Of a DNA stretch of 64,000 bases, positions 56,616 to 64,000 are shown in pieces; position 1 is the stretch's first letter; the number at the start of each line of letters is the position of its first letter. The notes under the pieces were generated by a model. That model saw nothing but the letters and a program-made list of their open reading frames with translations. It was not told the origin of the DNA and searched no databases. Made by a program: the position numbers and the translations under genes. This DNA comes from Aquificaceae bacterium (GTDB lineage: Bacteria > Aquificota > Aquificia > Aquificales > Aquificaceae), in the NCBI GenBank assembly GCA_046297555.1, contig JBKBHW010000002.1, forward strand, positions 14,385 to 78,384, in the 5' to 3' direction.

Positions 56616-57785
56616 TTATACAACAACCTTCCTTTCCTTCTTTATACCAAGAGCTTGGTATATCTTTTCCATGATAAGCTCTACGGGCAATGTCATGCCG
56701 CCGTAGACCCTTGGACCCCCTATAACTTTATCATTGTCTGGTATGGCCGCCCTTATTTCCTTTGCAAGCCAGCCTATTATGTTATGCTCCGGCACTATCA
56801 CAGCCTTTGCCTTTGAAAGGACCTCTCTTATTTCTTTTTCTGGGAAGGGTCTTATAGATTTAACTTTTACAAGGCCTACGTTTAGACCTTCAAGCTGGGC
56901 GTACCTTACCGCTTCCCTTCCTTGGGCTGCGGCGCATCCAGAAGCTACCACAAAAACTTCCGCATCTGGGTTGACAACTTCTATAGGTCCTCCAAGGTAC
57001 TTGTATATATACTTCATAGCTCTTATGTTAGAAGCCCAAACCTCTTGCTGCCATACAGCATGTATCAGATAGCTCATAAAGTTGGATTTTTGCACTGGTG
57101 CATCCCTTTGGATCCTTGCCGGTGGGATCTCACAGTCGGTGGGCGGCACAGGTGCCTTGTAAGGGTCTCTTGGTGGAAGCTTCATATCTTCGGGTGTCAT
57201 GTTCACATAACCCTTGGCGTGAGTAACAAAGAAGCCCTCAGTACATACCGCTACCGGTATGTATACATCAACCATCTCCGATATGATAAAACCTGCAAGG
57301 GTAAAGTCAAAAACATCCTGTTGGTTTTCGGCATGTAAAACCACAATGCCAGAGTGTAAAAGGTATGCAATTTCTACATTGTCTGGCTGTATGGAAAGAG
57401 GTGCGTTAACCACTCTTGTGAGAACTCCAAGCACCGCAGGTATTCTGTGTCCGGGCCAAGAGGCTATGGCTTCCATGCCTCTCAAAAGCCCAGGACCGGA
57501 GGTAGCTGAAAAGGCCCTTGCCCCTCCTCTTACCGCCCCCGCTATAGCCGACATGGCACCGTACTCCTCCTCCGCTCTATAGTAATCCCTTAAGTAGCCT
57601 TGTGCCCATATATCCCCCACAAGGTGCATAACTTCCGATTGGGGAGTGATGGGATAGGCTATGGCTATATCCACATTGGCACGCTTTACGGCCTCTGCCA
57701 TAGCTTGGGCACCCGTTATAAACTTCCTCTCTCTGGGTGCCTCCAAAAGAAGGTAATCGGCATCTACAACCTTTTGTTCTGGCAT
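56616..57785 (-). CDS. forA: 2-oxoacid:ferredoxin oxidoreductase alpha subunit
   Basis: AYPITPQSE, EEEYGAMS, ATSGPG, RPFP. Confidence 0.82.
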   Translation of the reverse strand: MPEQKVVDADYLLLEAPRERKFITGAQAMAEAVKRANVDIAIAYPITPQSEVMHLVGDIWAQGYLRDYYRAEEEYGAMSAIAGAVRGGARAFSATSGPGLLRGMEAIASWPGHRIPAVLGVLTRVVNAPLSIQPDNVEIAYLLHSGIVVLHAENQQDVFDFTLAGFIISEMVDVYIPVAVCTEGFFVTHAKGYVNMTPEDMKLPPRDPYKAPVPPTDCEIPPARIQRDAPVQKSNFMSYLIHAVWQQEVWASNIRAMKYIYKYLGGPIEVVNPDAEVFVVASGCAAAQGREAVRYAQLEGLNVGLVKVKSIRPFPEKEIREVLSKAKAVIVPEHNIIGWLAKEIRAAIPDNDKVIGGPRVYGGMTLPVELIMEKIYQALGIKKERKVVV

Positions 57786-57801
57786 GGCACTACCTCCACT
57801 T

Positions 57802-58515
57802 TTATTCCGTTTCTGTTACATGCTCTCCCCTTCTGGGGATCAAAAGATAAGAATATTCACCATAGTCAAGTACAGAAAGGGTTTGATACTCTTCCTTGGG
57901 AAGGGATGGGTTTTCTGGTGGAAGCTTGGGCTCCCACTTTATTCCAAGCTCTTCCCTCACTTGGACAAGCACATCCCTAAACCTTCTGATCTCATCGGCA
58001 TGGACATCTCTCAAAGATACCATGGCATCCTCGTGGCCAAGCTCACCGCACAGGGCTATGGTAAAGCAGTTGGTACCAGCCCTTATCATCCTAAGGGATA
58101 GGTTTGCATAATGACAATGTACTCCCACAAAAATACACGCCTCTATCTTGTTGTGGAGGATAGTTAGGTTGGGATGGTTTGGGTTTATTTCTGCCTCTGG
58201 GTCTATTTTGGGATACTTGGGCCTGTAGTCGGGCATAGGTATGATCCTACAGTTGGGTATTTCCATGGCAAGTTCAAGGACGGCCTTTGCCTTTTCCATG
58301 GCGCTTGCGTTCCAACCCCACAAGACTAAAGGACCCGGGAATATGGTAGGATTTCTTCTTGTAAGTAAAGCCTTTGCGGCTTCTCTCATTGCTGTTTCTT
58401 CATCCACTATCTTTCCATAAAGCAGTGCCTTTCCGGGTGGTGGCAATTCAACACCTTCAAAGGCTGCTGGTGTTGGCATATAGCCCGTAGGACCTGGTAA
58501 AACTTCCATTGGCAT
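57802..58515 (-). CDS. forD: Delta subunit of the Aquificae five-subunit 2-oxoacid:ferredoxin oxidoreductase (probably 2-oxoglutarate:Fd oxidoreductase)
   Basis: NPTIFPGPLVLW, EINPNHPNLTI..NKI, GVHCHYAN. The gene order D-A-B-G-E-F matches the for (OGOR) operon rather than porEDABG. Confidence 0.78.
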   Translation of the reverse strand: MPMEVLPGPTGYMPTPAAFEGVELPPPGKALLYGKIVDEETAMREAAKALLTRRNPTIFPGPLVLWGWNASAMEKAKAVLELAMEIPNCRIIPMPDYRPKYPKIDPEAEINPNHPNLTILHNKIEACIFVGVHCHYANLSLRMIRAGTNCFTIALCGELGHEDAMVSLRDVHADEIRRFRDVLVQVREELGIKWEPKLPPENPSLPKEEYQTLSVLDYGEYSYLLIPRRGEHVTETE

Positions 58516-58595
58516 GCCTTACCTCCTTTAGAATAGGTTATTAAAAAATTAGCATGAGCTTAAATAGTGTCAAGGGGAAAATGGTATGATAAAAG

Positions 58596-58784
58596 TCATT
58601 TTTCCTTCCCTTTATCTTCCAATTCTTTTATCCTTTTTTCCCTCATCTCCTCGTACTTTGGTCCCACCTTCTTGTACACCTTATCTGCTATGAGGGCGAT
58701 GATGATAAACAAGGGCACTCCTATGATTACCATAATTAGTAAAAGCTTTCCAAAGAAGACCAGCAAGTTGATCAAGTTCTCCAT
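58596..58784 (-). CDS. Small single-pass membrane protein (62 aa)
   Basis: Hydrophobic N-terminal helix and charged tail; ATG 1 nt after the leuS-beta stop. Confidence 0.6.
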   Translation of the reverse strand: MENLINLLVFFGKLLLIMVIIGVPLFIIIALIADKVYKKVGPKYEEMREKRIKELEDKGKEK

Positions 58785-58785
58785 G

Positions 58786-59649
58786 CTACACCACCAAGTT
58801 TAAGAGTTTGTTCTTTATAAATATTACCTTTTTTATTTCCTTGTCCTTTAGCCACTGGCTTATCTTCTGGTCCCTTAGGGCTATTTCCTTTACCGTATCC
58901 TCTTGCGCATCCACGGGTACCCTTATAACACCTCTAAGCTTACCGTTTATCTGCACGGGGATCTCCATCTCTTCCAAAAGCAGGGCTTTTTCATCGGGCT
59001 TTGGAAAGGGATAAAAAGGCATTAACCTTTCATACCCAAGCCTTTGCCATAGCTCCTCGCATATATGGGGGGTTATGGGATATAGCATAAAGAGGATGGT
59101 TTCAAGGGATTCTTTTAAAACCTTGTAATCTTTCTCCTCCTTTGGTTGGAATTCTTGCAGGGTGTTTAAAAGCTCCATTATACCAGCTATGGCGGAGTTA
59201 AAGGAGAGGTCCTCCATACTTGCCAAGTATCTTTTTAGCGTTTGATGGGTTTTGTATCTTATGTTTTTTGCCTCCTGAGGAAGGTCGGAAAAGTCTTCCC
59301 TTGAGTAAGTTATACCCCTTATCTTGTCAAGGTGTTGATGGAAATAGCTCCAAAGCCTTCTTAAAAACCTGTAAGCTCCTTGGACCCCTTCCTCCGTCCA
59401 CTCAAAGTCCTTTTCCACAGGGCCTGCAAAGAGTATATAGAGCCTTATGGTGTCAGCACCATACCTTTTTATAACCTCTTCTGGGTCCACTGTGTTCCCC
59501 TTAGATTTGGACATCTTGGCAGACTCCCCTATCTTTGCCTCCAAAGCCCTTATGTACTCCTCCCTTTCCAGCCCGAGCTTGTTTAAAAGAAGATAAAAGT
59601 TGTCCCCTATGCTAAGGTTGTTCTCCTTTAAGAATTCCATAACCTTCAT
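58786..59649 (-). CDS. leuS: Leucyl-tRNA synthetase beta subunit (split LeuRS)
   Basis: AKMSKSKGNTVDP, YGADTIRLY, FNSAIAGIMEL, PITPHICEELW, VQINGKLRG, no HIGH domain. ATG 59649, 287 aa. Confidence 0.93.
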   Translation of the reverse strand: MKVMEFLKENNLSIGDNFYLLLNKLGLEREEYIRALEAKIGESAKMSKSKGNTVDPEEVIKRYGADTIRLYILFAGPVEKDFEWTEEGVQGAYRFLRRLWSYFHQHLDKIRGITYSREDFSDLPQEAKNIRYKTHQTLKRYLASMEDLSFNSAIAGIMELLNTLQEFQPKEEKDYKVLKESLETILFMLYPITPHICEELWQRLGYERLMPFYPFPKPDEKALLLEEMEIPVQINGKLRGVIRVPVDAQEDTVKEIALRDQKISQWLKDKEIKKVIFIKNKLLNLVV

Positions 59650-59673
59650 AAGAAATAATATTAAAGCAAAGGA

Positions 59674-59933
59674 TACGCCGAGTGAGAAATTCAACCTTTA
59701 TAGGGATGGTTTATGAAATGCCTATTCATTAGATTTCTTGCGCGATAACATAAGGGCTCTTTTCCCCCTCCCGTAGTTCAAGTTTATGAAAGGTAGCGCA
59801 GGCATCCCTGCCTGTGGAAAAAGATTTAACCAAAAACGCAGGCAAGGATGCCCGCGCTACCGACTTTGGTGTATAAACTTTTAATTCATGTAGCCTTCCC
59901 TGTCCTTCGGGCGACCTTTATGGTCGCCCCTAC
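59674..59933. mobile_element. MITE-like copy (reverse orientation) with REP doublet and a type-D REP
   Basis: Terminus 59674-59691 plus ~85 bp matching the reverse complement of about 3297-3385; type-B 59793-59816; inverted type-A 59837-59860; GGGCGACCTTTATGGTCGCCCCTAC at 59909-59933. Confidence 0.8.
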
Positions 59934-59996
59934 ATTTTCCTATTCAAAAAAACTAAAAGCAAAGGATGTAATATATTAATCACATGGAGGTATGCA

Positions 59997-60833
59997 ATGG
60001 GTGAAGTATCGCTTCTTATAGCCTTCAGCGCTGGTATTCTCTCCTTTCTTTCTCCTTGCGTTTTGCCCATAATACCGGGCTACATTTCATACATATCTGG
60101 TGTGGGAGCACGGGAGGTCAAAGAGAGGGGAGGCTTTAGCTGGGGTGTTTTTACCGCATCACTTCTTTTTGTTATAGGGTTTTCTGTAGTGTTTACGCTT
60201 ATGGGGGCAACTGCCACGGGAATTGGCGGATTGCTAAGAGAATACCAAGATTACATAGCCAAAGTGAGCGGTAGTGTGGTAGTCTTCTTCGGTCTACACT
60301 TTGCCGGCCTTATGTTGAGGCAAAACTTTTTAAAAGAGCTCTTGGGAGTTGCTTCTCTCTTTTTAGCTCTATTTCTATTCGGCATCATCTCACAAAAGCT
60401 GCTTTTTGACCTGCTTGGCATATTACTAATGGTGTCCTTCTTTTACCTTTTTGGTTTACATGATGCCCTCTACAGGCAGATGAGGAAGGAAATAAGAGGG
60501 AACCTTACGGGTATAGGTGCCATGCTTGTGGGCATTTTCTTTGCCTTTGGGTGGAGCCCTTGTATAGGTCCCGTGCTTGGATCCATACTCCTTTATGCAA
60601 GTCAACAAGAAACAGCCCTTCAGGGTGCTGCCTTACTCTTTGCATACTCCCTTGGCCTTGGCATACCCTTTTTGATAGCCGGCGGCTTCCTCTCTGCCTT
60701 CCTCGGCTTTGTGCGTAGGTTTAGCAAGCTCTTTGGAATAGTGGAGATAGTGGGCGGCCTTCTTCTTATTTTGCTTGGCTTTTTGATAACAACGGGCAAG
60801 CTGGCTGAGATCTCCTCAATACTTGGAGGCTAA
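59997..60833 (+). CDS. ccdA: Cytochrome c biogenesis protein CcdA (DsbD transmembrane domain)
   Basis: AFSAGILSFLSPCVLP and FAFGWSPCIGPVLGSIL, AYSLGLGIPF. Confidence 0.92.
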   Translation: MGEVSLLIAFSAGILSFLSPCVLPIIPGYISYISGVGAREVKERGGFSWGVFTASLLFVIGFSVVFTLMGATATGIGGLLREYQDYIAKVSGSVVVFFGLHFAGLMLRQNFLKELLGVASLFLALFLFGIISQKLLFDLLGILLMVSFFYLFGLHDALYRQMRKEIRGNLTGIGAMLVGIFFAFGWSPCIGPVLGSILLYASQQETALQGAALLFAYSLGLGIPFLIAGGFLSAFLGFVRRFSKLFGIVEIVGGLLLILLGFLITTGKLAEISSILGG

Positions 60834-61449
60834 GCCTTTGGATATACTTGTGGTAGATTATGGAATGGGAAATTTGAGAAGCGTTTCAAAGGCCCTTGAA
60901 AATGTGGGCTTTAGGGTCAAGGTAAGCTCAGAGGGTGAGGATATAAGGAGGGCCAACGCCATAGTTTTGCCCGGTGTGGGCGCCTTTAGGGATGCGGTTG
61001 AAAACCTAAAGAGGATGGGGCTTTACAGTGAGATAATAAGACATATTGAGAAGGGGAAGCCTTATTTTGGCATATGCCTTGGGTTGCAGCTTCTCTTTGA
61101 AAAAAGCTATGAGTTTGGGGAGTCGGAAGGCTTTGGTGTAGTAGAGGGGGAGGTAGTACTTCTTCCCACAAGTGTTAAAATACCACACATAGGCTGGAAC
61201 CAGCTCTGGAAGAAGAAGCCTTCTTCCATGCTTGAAGGTATAAAGGATGGAGAATACTTTTACTTTGTCCATTCTTACCATGTGGTACCTAAGAGGAAAG
61301 ACCTTATCCTTACCACAACCGACTACGGCATACACTTTGTATCTTCCATAGAATACGAAAACATCTTTGCTGTGCAGTTCCACCCCGAAAAGAGCCAAAG
61401 GGCAGGTCTTAAACTCCTTGAAAACCTTAGGAGGAGGCTTTATGGCTAA
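60823..61449 (+). CDS. hisH: Imidazole glycerol phosphate synthase glutamine amidotransferase subunit
   Basis: DYGMGNL, LPGVGAF, GICLGLQ, PHIGWN, YFVHSY, QFHPEKS. Confidence 0.97.
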   Translation: MEAKPLDILVVDYGMGNLRSVSKALENVGFRVKVSSEGEDIRRANAIVLPGVGAFRDAVENLKRMGLYSEIIRHIEKGKPYFGICLGLQLLFEKSYEFGESEGFGVVEGEVVLLPTSVKIPHIGWNQLWKKKPSSMLEGIKDGEYFYFVHSYHVVPKRKDLILTTTDYGIHFVSSIEYENIFAVQFHPEKSQRAGLKLLENLRRRLYG

Positions 61450-62113
61450 GCTTTGTATAGCCCTTGACACAAACCTTCCACAAGCTCTTGATCTTGTCAA
61501 GTCTTTAAGAGGTTATCCCTTGATCTTTAAGGTAGGATACAAGCTCTTTATATGCCATCACAGAGCAATAACGGATAAGGTAAAAGAGAATGGCTTTGAG
61601 CTCTTTTTGGACCTGAAGCTCCACGATATACCAAACACGGTAAAGGAGGGGGTTCTTTCTGCAAAGGATTTGGGCGCCGACTATCTTACCGTGCATCTTA
61701 GCTCCGGAAAAGAAGCTATGATACAAGCGGTAAGCTCAAAGGGAAAGCTGAAGCTCCTTGGGGTTAGCCTGCTTACAAGCCTTGAGGAAGAAGACTTAAA
61801 AGAGATGGGTGTATGCGTGGGAAGGGAGGATTATGTAATGGGCCTTGTAAAAAAGGGTGTGGAGTGGGGCTTAGATGGCGTGGTATGCTCAGGTTATGAG
61901 GCTCGGACGATAAGGGGAAAGGTGCCCCCGGGGTTTCTTATAGTGGTGCCGGGTATAAGGCTGGAGGGGGAGTCTAAGGATGATCAAAAGAGGGTGGTAA
62001 GCGTTGAGGAAGCTCTTGAGTCTGGTGCAGATATAATTGTGATGGGGAGAAGTGTGCTAAGGGCAGAAAATCCTATAAAGAGAGTAGAAGAGATTCTCCT
62101 CAGGATCACATAA
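61442..62113 (+). CDS. pyrF: Orotidine 5'-phosphate decarboxylase
   Basis: IALD, FKVG, DLKLHDIPNT, VVPGIR, VMGRS. Start trimmed to ATG 61442. Confidence 0.96.
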   Translation: MAKLCIALDTNLPQALDLVKSLRGYPLIFKVGYKLFICHHRAITDKVKENGFELFLDLKLHDIPNTVKEGVLSAKDLGADYLTVHLSSGKEAMIQAVSSKGKLKLLGVSLLTSLEEEDLKEMGVCVGREDYVMGLVKKGVEWGLDGVVCSGYEARTIRGKVPPGFLIVVPGIRLEGESKDDQKRVVSVEEALESGADIIVMGRSVLRAENPIKRVEEILLRIT

Positions 62114-62756
62114 GGCCAATGCTTTTTAGCGCCTCCTGTCTTTGGAGACATGTGGCACATAGGCCGCAGGGAGGCTCCGTTCCCATATAGCAAGAGTAAG
62201 TCTTTTCAAAGGGTACGCCAAGCTCCTTTCCAAGCTTTGCAATATCCCTTTTACTCATTCCAAGAAAGGGGGCATACAGGCTTATCCTTCTCTTTGTTTT
62301 TGCCACATAAGCGGAGGCAGAGTTAATGGCAGATTCCATGGCAGTTATAAACTCCACCCTACAGTCTGGATAAGGCGTGTCAAGGGCATGCACTCCTATG
62401 GCTATATGGTCTATCTCATAGCTATCTGCCAAGGAGCCTGCAATGGCAAGAAATACAAGGTTCCTCATGGGTACGTTGGTGGGGGGCACCTCTTCGCCAT
62501 ACGGCCCCTGTGGCACTTGTGGCCCACCCTCCAAAAGGGCTGAGCCTTTGATAAGCTTGTAATGCGGCACTTCCACTACTATGTGCTCCTTCACATGGGC
62601 AAGCCTTGCCAGCTCCTTGGCGTACTTTAGCTCCACCCTGTGCCTTTGCCCATATTCAAAAGAGAGGGTGTAGACCTCTTCAAACTCCCTTTTACATAGC
62701 CACAAAAGGGTGGCGCTGTCCATTCCACCAGAGAGCAAGACTATAACCTTTCTCAT
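62106..62756 (-). CDS. queC: 7-cyano-7-deazaguanine synthase
   Basis: LLSGGMDS, FEYGQRH, VPMRN, YPDCR, TYSCY, CGLCATC. ATG 62756 (the ORF-track extension is the tRNA). Confidence 0.96.
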   Translation of the reverse strand: MRKVIVLLSGGMDSATLLWLCKREFEEVYTLSFEYGQRHRVELKYAKELARLAHVKEHIVVEVPHYKLIKGSALLEGGPQVPQGPYGEEVPPTNVPMRNLVFLAIAGSLADSYEIDHIAIGVHALDTPYPDCRVEFITAMESAINSASAYVAKTKRRISLYAPFLGMSKRDIAKLGKELGVPFEKTYSCYMGTEPPCGLCATCLQRQEALKSIGLM

Positions 62757-62759
62757 CCT

Positions 62760-62846
62760 TGGTGCCGGAGGCGGGAGTCGAACCCGCACGCCCTTGCGGG
62801 CGGGGGATTTTGAATCCCCTGCGTCTGCCAGTTCCGCCACTCCGGC
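62760..62846 (-). tRNA. tRNA-Leu(CAA), CCA encoded
   Basis: Reverse complement GCCGGAGTGGCGGAACTGG...GGGGA-TTCAAAA-TCCCC...GGTTCGACTCCCGCCTCCGGCACCA. Confidence 0.96.
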
Positions 62847-62873
62847 TAAGGATAAATTATATTATACTAATCC

Positions 62874-63100
62874 TACGCCGGGTGAGAAATTCAATTTTCG
62901 TAGGGCATCATTTTAGATGCTTGTTTAAAGGGAGCAATTCGCGAATTGTCCTTACACAAAATTTTTCATAATTTGTAAGGGCACGCCGCAGCGTGCCCCT
63001 ACCACGGAATTCTGGGCAAAACCTCTAAGCAGCGCGGGCATCCTTGCCCGCGATCTTTGATTAATTTTTTTCTACACAGGCAGGATGCCTGTGCTACGAC
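62874..63100. repeat. REP/MITE-family cluster
   Basis: Terminus 62874-62891, type-C palindrome 62975-63002, type-A 63029-63052, inverted type-B 63075-63097. Confidence 0.85.
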
Positions 63101-63127
63101 CTATAAAAATATAGTATCCGCCAAGTA

Positions 63128-64000
63128 CTACAAAACACTTTCAAGGTCCTTGTAAAAGTTTGGGTAAGAGATGGCCACACATTCGGGATTGTCTATGATG
63201 GTTTCCCCCTCCGCCAAAAGGCCTGCGATGGAAAAGGCCATGGCTATCCGGTGATCTCCAAAGGTCTTTATAGGTGCTCCTTTTAACACCTCAACCCCTT
63301 CTATTTCAAAGCCATCTTCATACTCCTCTATACTCACACCCATAGCCTTCAAGTTCTCCACCACGGCCCTTATGCGGTCGCTTTCCTTTACCCTTAGCTC
63401 CTCCGCCCCCCTTACCCTTGAAAGGCCTTCCGATAAAGCCATAGCTACGGTTAAGATGGGAAGCTCATCTATCATAGATGGGACTTCTTCCGGGTGCACC
63501 TCCACAGCCTTTAACCTTCCAGCATATTTCACATAAATGTCTGCCACAGGCTCACCAGATATCTCTCTTATGTTCTCATACCTTATATCTGCACCCATAT
63601 CCCTTAGCTTTCTAAAAAAGCCATCTCTCGTGGGATTCACAAGCACATCTTTGAGCAATAGCTCAGAGTCTTTAAGAAGGGCAGAGAGGGCTGCAAAAAA
63701 GCTGGCAGAAGATGGGTCGGCGGGGCAAAAGATCTCTGCGGCTACAAGACTTTGACCACCCTTTAGCTTTATCACATGTCCTTCCCTTCCCTCCATCTGG
63801 ATAAGCTCTACACCAAAGGCCCTTAACATCCTTTCTGTGTGGTCCCTTGAAAGGACCGGCTCCACTACTTCCGTGTAGCCATCCGCCCTTAGTCCTGCCA
63901 AAAGTAAGGCAGATTTCACCTGTGCGGAGGATCTTTTGTTAAAAAAGGAAATGCCCCGTAGGCCTCCACCCCGTACGCACACGGGAAGTTTGTCCCCTCT
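63128..64000 (-). CDS. aroA: 3-phosphoshikimate 1-carboxyvinyltransferase (EPSP synthase), partial, begins beyond the right edge
   Basis: SAQVKSA, SRDHTERML, PADPSSA, IDELP, ELRVKESDR, GDHRIAM. Confidence 0.97.
   Translation of the reverse strand, partial: RGDKLPVCVRGGGLRGISFFNKRSSAQVKSALLLAGLRADGYTEVVEPVLSRDHTERMLRAFGVELIQMEGREGHVIKLKGGQSLVAAEIFCPADPSSASFFAALSALLKDSELLLKDVLVNPTRDGFFRKLRDMGADIRYENIREISGEPVADIYVKYAGRLKAVEVHPEEVPSMIDELPILTVAMALSEGLSRVRGAEELRVKESDRIRAVVENLKAMGVSIEEYEDGFEIEGVEVLKGAPIKTFGDHRIAMAFSIAGLLAEGETIIDNPECVAISYPNFYKDLESVL

Noticed and set aside
54795-58515. Calling the oxidoreductase pyruvate:ferredoxin oxidoreductase (por)
   Set aside because: The order D-A-B-G-E-F matches the for (OGOR) operon, whereas por is E-D-A-B-G. 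Substrate is not proven from sequence alone, so confidence is moderated.
41603-58515. Selenocysteine or pyrrolysine read-through in the Hdr, DsrE or oxidoreductase genes
   Set aside because: All ORFs are intact to expected lengths, with no in-frame TGA/TAG at catalytic Cys positions.

Overview
Compact, gene-dense chromosomal window from an Aquificaceae-type thermophilic chemolithoautotroph (Hydrogenobacter/Thermocrinis-like). Support for that assignment: a stand-alone LeuRS beta subunit, the large SecA insert, a forDABGEF-type 2-oxoacid:ferredoxin oxidoreductase, tandem ferredoxins after sucCD, and a sulfur-oxidising Hdr-like (sHdr) cluster. Most of the window is scattered housekeeping genes (cobB, uvrA, nth, ispF, ispA, dnaN, gcvPB, recR, hisC, atpC, sucCD, folP, cdaA, folE, secA, thrC, dcd, hisH, pyrF, queC, aroA) plus four tRNAs. 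Two minus-strand metabolic blocks lie back to back: tusA-dsrE-dsrE-sHdrC1B1A-H-C2B2-lbpA-trx-dsrE-lbpA-radical SAM-DUF2203 (41.2-51.3 kb), and a tightly coupled forDABGEF-cobW-sbtA-sbtB-DUF202 run (51.7-58.5 kb) that joins a reductive-TCA carboxylase to a bicarbonate transporter, its PII-like regulator and a metallochaperone. The strongest signal that the genes do not explain is non-coding. Ten intergenic regions carry a modular repeat family: GTAG-headed REP hairpins of four sequence types, often as inverted heterodoublets (REPIN-like), nested in an ~290-bp unit bounded by 18-bp inverted termini (TAYGCYGGGTGAGAAATT). No transposase or RAYT gene lies in the window. Other oddities: a secreted alpha/beta-hydrolase with a 1-nt frameshift in its signal peptide and a substituted catalytic triad, a His-for-Cys Fe-S ligand in Nth, a tRNA overlapping ispA antisense, and candidate LysR-type boxes before both sulfur operons. 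All family calls come from motif recognition by eye, not database searches.
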